Notes: generated by a model not told the origin, from the sequence alone. Numbered from the stretch's first letter, positions 41,301-52,509 are shown. The stretch: DNA of 64,000 nucleotides from Bugula neritina (GCA_964035545.1 OZ037766.1:14560722-14624721), one strand, 5' to 3'. Numbers and translations: made by a program.

Positions 41301-44300
41301 ACAAAATGTGTTAGTTAGATTATTATAAATAACAAAAAAATATTAAAGTGCTTTCCAGGTTTTACAATATTATGCATACAACAGCCACACAAGTTTATAC
41401 TTAAGTTGATTTGATTTAAAATTGTTGTAGAACTTTTTTTCTGCAAATCTGAAAATCCATATAAAAAAATGTTAAATTTATGAGTGGTTAAGCACTGAAT
41501 TTTTTAGGATTACTATAATTCTAGCTATATATTAAAAATTATTATCATGATCAGAATTTACCTTTTCAATGCACACACTATTCAATTTATAGTAGCCTAC
41601 TATCCTTATAACACACGTCAGCGATTCTTTACTCAGAGTTTTGTCTTGTAAATATGTACATCAAGTTTACAAATGTATAGCGAGTTTTAACCTGGTTTAA
41701 ACTATTATCATATGTTATTATATAATAATAATTTCCAAACGTCTGTTCGAAAGCACAAAGTTTACAGTGAACCCTTGAAGAATTGGAACTATATTAAGAA
41801 AAATAATACTGAATAGTTTAGAATATTAAAAGCAAAAAACTAGCTTTAGAGCTGTCCAATCATTTATTCATCATTATTATAAACATAAATACTATCATTG
41901 CATTATCTGTTACATCATTTCTAATATTAACTATGTTATTACTACCAGCATGCTATAGACTGAACATAATAATATGAGACTCGTGTCAACTCAACTACCA
42001 GAGGGGATGTACAAAATATACTTCTAACCATAGCTTAATGTTTTAGTAGATATCATAGACTCAGTGACGAGTAAATAAATAGCAAGCTAATTCTTATAGA
42101 TTATCATCAATGAGATAAATTCTTAATTAGAAATATATATAATCGAATCTAGAAATTAGAAATTGTTATAAATATGCACTGTACAAGTTTTGGCAGATAA
42201 CTACCCTTCAATAAGTCCCAAAAACCTGCTTTCATTGTAGTAAAATAAACCAACATTTTCATTGAGCAACAACTTAAGCAATCCATAGATAACTAGCTTA
42301 TAGTGAACTGTATTGTTGTGATAAAACATACATGCACTGTTCATACTGCTATATTAGGCTGAAGCTTCAACTATACTTCTTTCTAATACTTCTCTGCTTT
42401 ACCATTTCACGCTCTGACGAGCAAATAATTCAACAAGTCTTATAACTATTTTTCTTATTAATACATTCATATAAAAGTGCTAACTATATACGCCAAGTTT
42501 CTTCTAAAAATTCAATTTATAATTAACACTGAGTAGTAAAGCAACGAGAGGATTTGCAAATGGCTGTTTACTTAATATTGCAAGATATATTATGTTATAC
42601 TATGCTCTATTATATTAAACTATATTAATGTGCCTTTTAGCTTACAAGATCCAAAATAAAAAAGGAAATGCTTCTATTTTTATTTTGTAACTAGTCTTCA
42701 AAAATTTATGTGACGAGCCTCTTTGTTCAATTTGTGATTATCTTCAATAATTGTAGCTATATATATTATATAATTCCAGAGCAACTCTGTAAATACAGTA
42801 AAAGAGTGCCCATGCGGTGTGAATAGCTTACCTAGCTTTGCTGACATCTGCTCAACAGCACCAGTGGTGAAACCTTGCCCAGGATAATCTAAGGTAGCAA
42901 AGTCTTCTACAAAAATATCATTTGAGTTGTAACTTCTAAATACAAGTTTATGTTATAAGTCTGTATCAAAAGCCTTGAAGCAAAAGATAATGATTTGCTA
43001 CAATATTTTAGTTTATGGTTGAATATTAAGCAACACACTAGTCGAACAATAAAGTTAAATCTTTATTATCATATTATTATAGTAAGCAATATTCTAGTCT
43101 TAACTAAAGAGAACCTTTCCAGAGGGGTTCTTGAGATATTATATGCTTGTACTATTTGCATGCTACAGTAAATTCCTGCACCGTGCAGATAGTATACATA
43201 CATACCCCCTAGACACACTTTGCCGCACCATAGGCCGCAACGTAAAATGTTAGCCATTTTTAACGTGTCTGGGCTGAAGTTCTCAAAGTGTGCTATTGGG
43301 TATGATCTATGACATGTCATTGGACATTTATATCCCATTAATTGAACGGGAACGTCTTCCTATCCAATAGGTGCCCGTCGCAACTTTTTTAATCAAGTCG
43401 TGCAGTACAGGAAGCTTGAACATTTGTAAAAATGGCTGACAGTTTACGTTAAGACCTACTGTGCAGAACGGTTTGTTTAGGGGATATACCCAGCGGCTCT
43501 GCTTTTTTCATAATGATATGCGACTTGATTATATTGTTTCAGTACAGTTTCAATATGGGGGCTACTGTGGGATGAAATTTAACACTTATCTGTTGCAACA
43601 AAGAAGACGCTAGTTTAAAGCAAAAATAAAGCTTTTATATTTTGAAGATACCTTAGATCTGTATAATTCATAAAATTAACATATAGTTTCAAGTAACAAG
43701 GTTTTCAATTATTTCTCACTATAAGCTGAGACATTCTGTGCGACAGCTATAAGGAAAGCGATTCATTTTTAAAATATCAAAATATTATGCAAGTAGTTTG
43801 TTTACTGTGCAGGTATTAATATGAGTAATGCATGATATTACACGGCATTAATAAGAATATTATATTGTCATTGTACTTAGTTTAGTTTTGAATAACTGTT
43901 GTAGTAGTTATTTTAGTCTTTTGACTCTTTTCATGCAGCTGCAACAGTGCAACTTAAGTTAGTATGCTTTCAATTAAAATGGTACACATTTGGTACAAAA
44001 GTAGAAACTCAATATTTAAGATTTTAAAGAGCTTCTTGCCTATAATACTTGATGCATTTTTGTAGTATGGTAAATCATAAAATATTCCTTTTATATTTAC
44101 TCTTTTTACAAGGAAAATTATTTTAATTATGGAATTTGTGTTTAGTTAGTACAACACCTTCACAATTTCATACATCTTCCCAATGTCTTACTTTGAGCAT
44201 AACTATCACTAACTAAAACGACTCAAATTTAAAACTTACAAATAGCATTAGGAAATTTTTTTGTAAACTGTAAATGTAGCATCATATATTAAACTTACCA

Positions 44301-44966
44301 AGTTCATTGAACTCACTGTCGTAGACAAATGGTGGTGATGGCGCAAAAGTGACAGAAGTTACAGCTGTGACTAAATAATATAAGTACAAGACAGTCTTGG
44401 TATGTATCCATGCGAGAGCCATGTTGCTGGCTAGGGAGCGACTTTATCACAGGGGTAATAAATTTCCAACTGCCTAAAACCATCTGATCTTATTTATAAG
44501 TAGTTAATCATTGTTAATAAGTTGGCATGAAGCCAGTTTCAGCTAGTAACTATTTGATGAAATGGTTGTTAATTGCTACACAGACTATTTAAACGATTGA
44601 GTATCAAATAAAGTGATTGGTTCTCACATTTTTACAATTTTATCCACTATTAGTTATATACTTTTTTATATGCAAGTTTGTAGCTACCTAACCGTAAAAA
44701 CTTTCTTCAGGTGATTTCCTGGTGACTGGGTCTAGAAATTCATCTGCCAATATTTGTATGCCCACTGAGCCACTGAATCAAAGACAAATTGACGTCAATA
44801 TGGGTGCTTACTGAGGCATGTCTGAGGCTCATATGTTGATATAAATAAATCCTCACTAATTTGCAATCAGCCAAATAATGTGACGGTATAGGAAGTTACT
44901 TAGTTCCTCTGTGCTTCACAGAGTCCTGGAGGTACAGTGCGTTGACATGCATGGAACCAAATTTAA
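38305..44966 (-). CDS. Uncharacterised multi-exon protein with a discoidin/galactose-binding-like (F5/8 type C-like) segment; 5' end unresolved
   Basis: Phase-consistent GT/AG exons: 44966-44900, 44772-44693, 44370-44299, then 42935-42832, 41294-41094, 40271-40135 (ALVDGNLSSVWAFP...IHIDIDLHNTYA), 39415-39261 (VAALSLQLETVPLGFSIGLSSKNG), 38431-38305 (TAG). The 44299-to-42935 junction needs one extra 3n+1 exon. The domain call rests on the DG-x4-W...I.IDL...V pattern only. Confidence 0.55.
40903..41060. repeat. Degenerate short repeats (CTAGTGGAGATGCCAA-like), probably a decayed repeat element
   Basis: CCTAGTGGAGATGCCAAT, CCTAGAGGAGATGCCAAA and CCTAGTAGAGATGTCAAT occur within 160 bp. Confidence 0.45.
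43202..43487. mobile_element. MITE-like element with 61-bp imperfect TIRs
   Basis: 43202-43262 and 43427-43487 are inverted repeats (47/61 identical by manual alignment): ATACCCCCTAGAC...AGCCATTTTTA and TAAAAATGGCTG...TTTAGGGGATAT. Confidence 0.65.
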
Positions 44967-46632
44967 CTGCTCCTTGAACAAACTGGCAACAAGTTTATTA
45001 TTTCATACTTGAGAGCTGTTGCAAATAATTTTGTGAAATAATTAGTAAAGAATTCAGAATATTTATGCAGTTTGATGAAGCAACGATAAGGATTTTCTAG
45101 CCTCCAGTTTTCAATAAGGGGAAATCATCTAATAGAGAAATTTGGAAATATGAGAGAACTACGGTATGAAAGAGAGAATTGTAAAACTTTTTAAAAAAAG
45201 ATTTTTTAGGCCTGTTTGCATGCTTTTTAAGCTAGCACAGAATATGTTTGCGCATCCCCCAATTATTTTTTGATACTCCACAAGCACAAAAAACACATGT
45301 TGTTTATTACAGACCAATATTACAATATTATGAGATCAAATGATGAAAATGTTGGTGTTACAATATTTTAATGCTATCGTCCATCAATTGCATGTAGAAC
45401 TAACTATGAAAGTTTCAACAATTCTATAAGGCATCTGTATAAAATGCCTATAATTTAGTATATATTATGTAGCTGGTTAGGTGAATAGAAACCTTAATAT
45501 TAACTCAAATCATAAAATAGATTGGCTAATGCATAAATTGGCTAATGTAACAATCTTAGCAAGGAATTTAAATATATTAATAGGATTCGGAAAGGAGTAA
45601 TCATAATTTATTGCACCTCCCTTTTCTTTGATTGTCATGCGATACTCAATTCTAATGCACTCTAAATTAAGGTAAGCATAGCTCTTCAGTTTTCATGGGC
45701 ACATATTTTCCAGTCACACGTACCTATTCTCAGAACATGGTGGAAGCAGATTATACTACTGGTTTGTAAAATGTACATTTCCTCTTTGCACACGTTAATG
45801 AATGCAGTATATGTATTCTAATACTCATGTGATAACTTTGCCAGTGGCAGATCATACTCTTCTAAAGTCAATACTAAATTTTTCTTTTGATTCTCAAGAT
45901 TAATGATTTAAACTAAATGTGGTTAAATGAATATAAAATATTGATATGTTATAAATCAAATGCTACAGTGTTTAATGGACAGTTATATATTAGAATGATT
46001 TCGAAGCCATTGTGAAAAGTTAAGCAAGCTAAATTCCTCCTTTACTATTAGATATCACTGACTTGCAGATCGTAAATTTTCAATAGCTATAAACTAGACA
46101 ACTGTGTGACAACTTTACCATCACAGGCTGTAGCGTAGGTTGGTAATATCTATTCAAATACTTAGGGCAGATGTTAAGTATCTCAGCCGTAGGTAATATA
46201 TCATACTAGCTGTTGAAAACAGTTTACCATGTATTCTTACTACCTAATCTGTTTGAATGATTCAGACAATCCCACCTGGCACTATTGAGAAGATATAAAC
46301 ATCCTCTTTCTGAGGGCTGAAAATTGGCCACCATCCACAAACCTTGTGCAATGTTTATTAGAAATGTTGTTAGTTATGAAACAAGTTACTTGATTATGTA
46401 AGTAAGAGTAAAGCTAATCATACACAGATACTTGGAAAAACTTAATTTAATGTAATTTGACTTGTGGCAAACACATAGTGGATAGTTATATTATGTTCAA
46501 ACATTACCAATATGAATTAGTGCACTCTTATCTTTAACAACTGCACATCTGTGTATTCTCATACAAACAATGCAGTGCATATTTAGTAAAAGCATTTCCA
46601 AAAGAAAAGCATTAACACTATTGTAAAAGAAA

Positions 46633-49600
46633 ATGTCAGGAATTCTGTATTTGGCTGTCGTGTGCTGGATAGCAGTCCTTTCTACAGGGGAGATCCTTAA
46701 TGAGGATCAGGTATGTAAACAGTTCATTTTCTCTCTATGTTCCAGTTGTTGAAGTACATTCTTTTATAATAAATCTTTTCGTAACTTTTTCTTTATAACG
46801 CAGCTGAAACTATTTTAATAAATAAATTTACACACGATAACATTTGTTCAAACTTCAAAGGTAATACAGAATAATGTTTATTATAAACTTGCTAGCCAGC
46901 TAGTTGCTACCTACGTTTCTATTCTGTTCAATATTGTCCATGATTCATTTGCATGTAAGCTTTGTAAATGTAAGCTCGAGTGGAAATTTTGCTCGCAGAT
47001 AGCAACTCAAAATTATTATAATACATACTATTAAGTTACACACTACATTACGCTTTGATGAGTGCATGGCATAAATTTTTCATGCTAAGAAATAGTTATG
47101 TAGGTGATTCATTTTAAGTAAACGTCATAGTCATTTTTAATTATAGCTTGATTCTTCACTTTTTAATGACCAGTCTTTCACAGTATCACAATTACATATT
47201 TACATGCAAAGTTGAATCTGTAATTTTAAGTATCAGTTGCAATCATAAAACAATAAACCAAGCTATTGTACCAACACTTGCAAACTTGTGTTATGTTTTA
47301 ATTTGTATTTTGTTAACGCAGCGCTATGAAAACTTTTGCGACTCAAATCCATGTGGAGATGGAAACACTTGTTTCAACACACCTGTGGGATATAAATGCT
47401 TTTGCAGGCCAGGAGATGGTCGTCATGACTGCATGAAAGGTAGGCCTAAAACATGGCAAAAAGTAAGATCTAAATTTGATTCTCCAAATTGTGATGATGT
47501 AGTTTTTGCTATGAAATGGCAGTGCCACACTTTTAAATTGCCGAGTTTAAATTTAAAAATTGAGTTATAGACTTATGGATGAATTTGATTTGTGATTTAT
47601 TGAAAGCCTATATATTTTTACAACATTATGTTAGAAGTATGCAAAAGTGTGACATTAAAGTGAAAAACAAAGGTGATCTCCTATAACAGATTTATTTTAA
47701 ACAGTATACTCTAAAAAATAATTTTATGTTGAATTTATAAAATATGTAAAAACTTTAGAATAATAAAGTTATTCATTTTGATTACAGAAGAAACATGCAT
47801 GCTATACAATCATACTGGAGTATGCCGTAAGGAATGCTTCCAAGAAGAGACTGGTTTTTTCATCCAGCATTTGGGTGGTAAATTTATGGATTTGAAAGTG
47901 TACAACAGTGATGGCAATGTCACGGTGAAAGACAGAGTACCTGTAGTAGACATCAAGGAACAAGACCCTTGTATGTGGCAGCTGTCGGGCAAGCCCAACT
48001 GCTGCTGTAAGTAAGACTGTCTCAAAATGCGATGTAGATTTGCTAATACACTAAAGGGAGGGTAAGATACTAGTTTGCAGCCATTGAGTGCTCAGTACTA
48101 TCACATGGACTCCAACAATTAATTTTAGAACACAACTAAATAACAACATGTTATGTATGCTGTAAGATGTCTGCAAATTTCAATTTAAAAGCAGTTGTGG
48201 CCTAATGTTGAGATGTGTCTGCCTAAAAGCATACTGTGTAGCAATACTTTTTATTGAGAAAATCGTTCTGCTGTTTTATTACCAAAAATTCTCAAAATTT
48301 TTGAAAGACATAATCGAAAGTACTAAACACAGCACAAGGTCAATGGTTTGGACACCAGTAAAAACTATTGGTGATGTTAGGTCATTAGCTAGGGCATTCC
48401 GTTCCAATTAATTTTTTGTCACAATGGAAAACAAGTTCCTGGCCGTTTTAAAAAAATAATCTTTTCATCAGGGGTTGTTACAGGAATGGTGACTATAAAC
48501 CCACGTGAGTCTTTTATCGTAAAATGAAAAAAATAAGTTATTTGACCTTGAAAATTCCAATTTGAATGCCATGAGTCAACCGGGAATAAGTCACAAGGGA
48601 AAGAGTTTTGGTGTGCTGCATCTCTCTGCAAACTTCTTTTTCAATATGTAAGTGGGCACAAAGCTCAACAGTGCCAAGACAGTTCAGACTTCTGCTTAGC
48701 TATTCAAAAAATGCGCAAATAATTATAACACTCTAAAGATAAACTTGTTGGCAGCTCTATTGGGCCAAGCAAAATGACGATGACGAGACCTTCTGTTGAA
48801 GGATTTTGCTAACGGGAAATGTTTGACGTTGATTTTAGTGCCTACTGAAGATGTTGATATTGGATGCTTTGCATACGGAAGTCTGGTACGCACCAAGAAC
48901 CGAGGGACACTAGCAATTGAAGATGTGAGAACTGGTGACCTTGTAGAGAGCATAACTCCAGAAGGAGAAGTTACATATTCTGATGTGGTTATGTTGATGC
49001 ATCAGGTATACTAACTAGCTGGAACAAACAATGAAATTACAGCATTTTTATATAAATTTATAAAATATTAGCTAGGAACTTTTAGTATAATAAGCTTATT
49101 TACTAGTTTTAAAAGTGATTTTAGCTGACCATGGTTTAAATTAATTAATATTACTTTTTAAAGCAAAATTAGCTATTTATTGATTTAAACAATTAGTGAA
49201 GCTTATCTGATAAAACTGATAGTATATTAAGCAGATTGAAAACTTGTCGGGGTTAAAACTTCAAACTGTTAGAATTTTGTTGACTGTAACATTTTTACTA
49301 GATTTTAATAATAATTAAGCATTGATTAACCAATGTATTATGCCAATAGGAGCCTGATAGAACCGAGAGCATGATAGCCATCACTACGGAGGGTAGCAGC
49401 AAGCAACCCCTCACATTAACACGGGACCACTTAGTCTATGTTAGCAACGGTGATGGTAAATGGAGTTATTTGTTTGCTGAGAAAACCAAACCTGGCATGC
49501 TTATTAAGAGGGTTTTGGGTTATCAGGACGTTTCCATTGAGGCCATTAAATCAGTAGAAAGGTAAATTTATATTTTAGGTTGATGCAATTGTATAACTGT

Positions 49601-50149
49601 TGATTTGTTATGCCTACTGTAATTGGGTAGTGTGTGGACATTTGATGTATATTATATACTCAGAAAGCCTGGCATGAGAAGACAAATCTGAACTAATGTC
49701 AAAATTAAATCTTTCCCCAGCGTTAATAACTGTACCATAACTATATTTTGGAATAATATTATGAATGCAATATTTTTAGAATTGTATACCAGTTATTGTA
49801 ACTATTAGGATAACTGTGTTCTTAGTTTGTTTTCATGCCATGTAAATATATTTTTAGTAAAACTGTGAAGGGGTTGTATGCTCCTGTGACCACCACAGGC
49901 AATATAGTGGTGGACTCAATTATGGCTAGTTGCTATGGAAACCATCCTGATCACTATTTGTCACACCAAGTGTTTGCTCCAATCAGATTGGCATACAAGT
50001 GGGCACCCTGGATCTATAATGGCGACTCTGTGGCTGAAGATGGGAGCCACCCGTATGTTTCCTTTCTGAACAAGTACATGAGAACTCTCACAGGCTACAC
50101 TCTTGTCTTGTCTCAGCATAGGCTAGATGGCATGACTGTCTACCCTTGA
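46633..50149 (+). CDS. Secreted Hedgehog-related (Hog-domain) autoprocessing protein: SP, EGF, 6-Cys module, Hint, sterol-recognition region
   Basis: Six phase-consistent exons: 46633-46710 (signal peptide MSGILYLAVVCWIAVLSTG), 47322-47439 (EGF CDSNPCGDGNTCFNTPVGYKCFC), 47788-48006, 48839-49005 (DIG|CFAYGSLV...IEDVRTGDLV), 49350-49561 (LTLTRDHLVY), 49858-50149 (GLYAPVTTTGNIVVDSIMASCY; HQVFAPIRL; GSHPYVSFL). Confidence 0.88.
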
Positions 50150-50777
50150 GATATATAGTTATATACTTGCTTTAAAAGTTTATAAATCAACAATTATAAT
50201 GTTGAACATGAAATAAAGTGTAAAACACATTCGTAAATGCATATTATAGTATAATTGATATTATGCTGCAGCAATATATTATATACAGAGCTGGTGTTGG
50301 AAACATTTACCTAAATTAATGCAGTTGTAAATTGAGGTTTATTACTGAAAAGTTACAACCAAGAGGTTGAATAAGAGCATGAACCAACTTATAGCTTTTT
50401 AGCTAGAATTTTTAATTTATGTGAGTTTAAAAAAAATTAAACTGAAATGAAAAATAAGTTTAGTTTTCAAGTAGCTAAGAAAAACCTCCAGCTTCATTTT
50501 TCTTTTTTCATACATGTTTAGATCAAATTTTGCAAATGATTTTGGTTAGTTTGATTTTTTTCTTGAAGATCTCTTTAAAAAAATTTAAAGCGAATTGTTT
50601 ATAGTTTTAGCATCTTAGTAGATATTGGAATTTAGATAATGTTCGGATGATGGGCACATATAGGCCTACATGCAACTAGTTTATTAACCCCCACAACTTG
50701 CACCTAGCTCTTACCATATATCAATATCGGTGGCATGTAAAACTGTGGAAGCTACTATTTCAAAAACAATCTATAAA

Positions 50778-51230
50778 AGTAGTAGGAGGTGGATGGTCCT
50801 GGCTCACTCTTCTTCTACCGTCGAGTCTTCGACTCGCCAGTGTCAGAAGAGTGAGCCAGGACGCATCCACCTCCTACTACTCTATTAGTAATATTATAAA
50901 AAAAATAGTGTAATATTATAAAAAAGTAGTGTAATATTATAAATTTTATTTAAAAAAATTTTTTTAGGGTGGATGGTCCTGGCTCACAATACGATACTAT
51001 TAGTAAGATAATAAGAGCTTCGACTCGCCAGTGTCAGAAGAGCGATCCAGGACGCATCCACCTGCTACTATTCTATTAGTAATATTATAAAAAAGTAGTG
51101 TAATATTATAAAAAAGTAGTGTAATATTATAAATTTTATTTAGAAAAATATTTTTTTAAAAATAAGAAAAAAATATTTTTAGGGTGGATGGTTCTAGCTC
51201 ACAATACGATACTAATAGTAAGATAATAAA
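50778..51230. repeat. Polinton terminal region: terminal hairpin plus ~2.3 copies of a 180-215-bp subterminal repeat
   Basis: GGTGGATGGT(C/T)CT(G/A)GCTCAC occurs at ~50788, ~50968 and ~51183. CTTCGACTCGCCAGTGTCAGAAGAG...GGACGCATCCACCT occurs twice, and GTAATATTATAAAAAAGTAGT is repeated. Confidence 0.9.
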
Positions 51231-51263
51231 TTATTATACGCTAAGAATATAATAATTTTGTGT

Positions 51264-51458
51264 TTAAACGTTATAACTTGGAAATGTTGGTAAAGATTCA
51301 GTAGATTCGGTTATACCTCCATCATTCGTTGATAAAACTAATTTATTACCAACTGCTCCTTGTAATTTAGGAATAGCGTAATTATTTATATTATTTATTG
51401 TAATAAGATCTGAAATATTTATACCCGTTTCTACAATATTACCATCACTCGAAAGCAT
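51264..51458 (-). CDS. Polinton small ORF with fibre-shaft-like repeats; possibly the broken 3' end of the upstream gene
   Basis: Internal repeat LMLSSDGNIVET / LVLSTNDGGITES. It lacks the TAAATG start motif. Confidence 0.4.
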   Translation of the reverse strand: MLSSDGNIVETGINISDLITINNINNYAIPKLQGAVGNKLVLSTNDGGITESTESLPTFPSYNV

Positions 51459-51472
51459 TAATAATAATTTTT

Positions 51473-51994
51473 TTAATTAGTTAAACTATTATAATAAAGT
51501 TTTAAATATACGTAATCAAAAGGTAGTGCATCAGTAGCGAATTCACTCGGTGTATTAACAAGAATTACGTCATTAGGTTTATAACTCGGATAATTACTCG
51601 AAAGAGCTATTGTAAACGAAAAATTATTATTAGCGTTAACGGTTTTATTAATATTTATTTTATTATACGGAACATTATGTTCGGCACCGCTAATAGTATA
51701 AAATATATTTTCTTTAGACTCGTCAAATGGATTTACGCTATTACGAATATGTAAACCTAATTTTTTATCAGTCCAATATAATTCTTTCGTTTTATTATTA
51801 GGTGAACTTTCGTTATAAAATTGTATTAACGCGTGCGTTATTTCTATAGATTTATTGACTAAATAATCATTAATTAAATCTACCGTAAAGCTATTAATAT
51901 CTTCGTAATAATAAAATTCGTGTTTAGGTATAATACTCGTAATATACGCTTTATTAGTCGTTATATTGACTTTACTAAATTTATAGATATTCAT
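51473..51994 (-). CDS. Polinton hypothetical protein, paralogue A (putative fibre/spike)
   Basis: 173-aa ORF, clearly paralogous to 51991-52509 (KELYWTDKKLGLHIRNS, ALPFDYVYLKLYYN). Confidence 0.75.
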   Translation of the reverse strand: MNIYKFSKVNITTNKAYITSIIPKHEFYYYEDINSFTVDLINDYLVNKSIEITHALIQFYNESSPNNKTKELYWTDKKLGLHIRNSVNPFDESKENIFYTISGAEHNVPYNKININKTVNANNNFSFTIALSSNYPSYKPNDVILVNTPSEFATDALPFDYVYLKLYYNSLTN

Positions 51995-52509
51995 TTATAA
52001 TTATAATAAAGTTTTATTAATACGTAATGAAAAGGTAACGCCGCAGTGGTTATTTCACTAGCGGGAGTATCGGTTAAAATTACGTCGCTAGGTTTATGAC
52101 TAGGATAAGTTTTTGATAATACCATTGTTAATTTAAAATTTTTATTAGCTTCAATAATTTTATTAGCGTTTATTTCGCTAAACGGAAGATTATGTTCGCC
52201 ACCGCTTATATCATAAAAAGTATTTTCATTGGCTCCACTGAATATTTCAGCGCTATTTCTAACGTGTAAGCCTATTCGCTTATCAGTCCAATAAAGTTCT
52301 TTAGTATTATGAGCTTGTTCACCGTAAAATTGTACTAATATATTCGTTATTTCAATCGGTTCATCGATTAAAAAATCTTTAACTAACGTAGCAATAAATC
52401 CTTCGGGATGATACGTAAATTCTGATGGAATTATGATCTTTGTAATATATGGTTTTTCATTTATTATAGTGGCTTTAGCCGAATTTCCAAAAATATAAAC
52501 TGAAGTCAT
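51991..52509 (-). CDS. Polinton hypothetical protein, paralogue B (putative fibre/spike)
   Basis: 172-aa ORF (KELYWTDKRIGLHVRNS, ALPFHYVLIKLYYN). Overlaps paralogue A by 4 nt. Confidence 0.75.
   Translation of the reverse strand: MTSVYIFGNSAKATIINEKPYITKIIIPSEFTYHPEGFIATLVKDFLIDEPIEITNILVQFYGEQAHNTKELYWTDKRIGLHVRNSAEIFSGANENTFYDISGGEHNLPFSEINANKIIEANKNFKLTMVLSKTYPSHKPSDVILTDTPASEITTAALPFHYVLIKLYYNYK

Noticed and set aside
43069-43338. Standalone 89-aa gene or YY1-type bidirectional promoter (outward AAAATGGC motifs)
   Set aside because: Both motifs lie within 61-bp inverted repeats, which a MITE explains more simply.
45720-46200. Further upstream minus-strand exons of the orphan gene
   Set aside because: Candidate exons exist, but I could not make the phases consistent, so they were left out of the gene model.
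46633-50149. Canonical hedgehog gene or an intein
   Set aside because: There is no Hedge signalling domain. The Hint ends in ASCY plus a sterol-recognition region, not the His-Asn of a splicing intein.
50698-50913. 71-aa ORF across the Polinton boundary
   Set aside because: It has a TTG start, spans the host/element junction and is read through the hairpin, so it is most likely a chance ORF.
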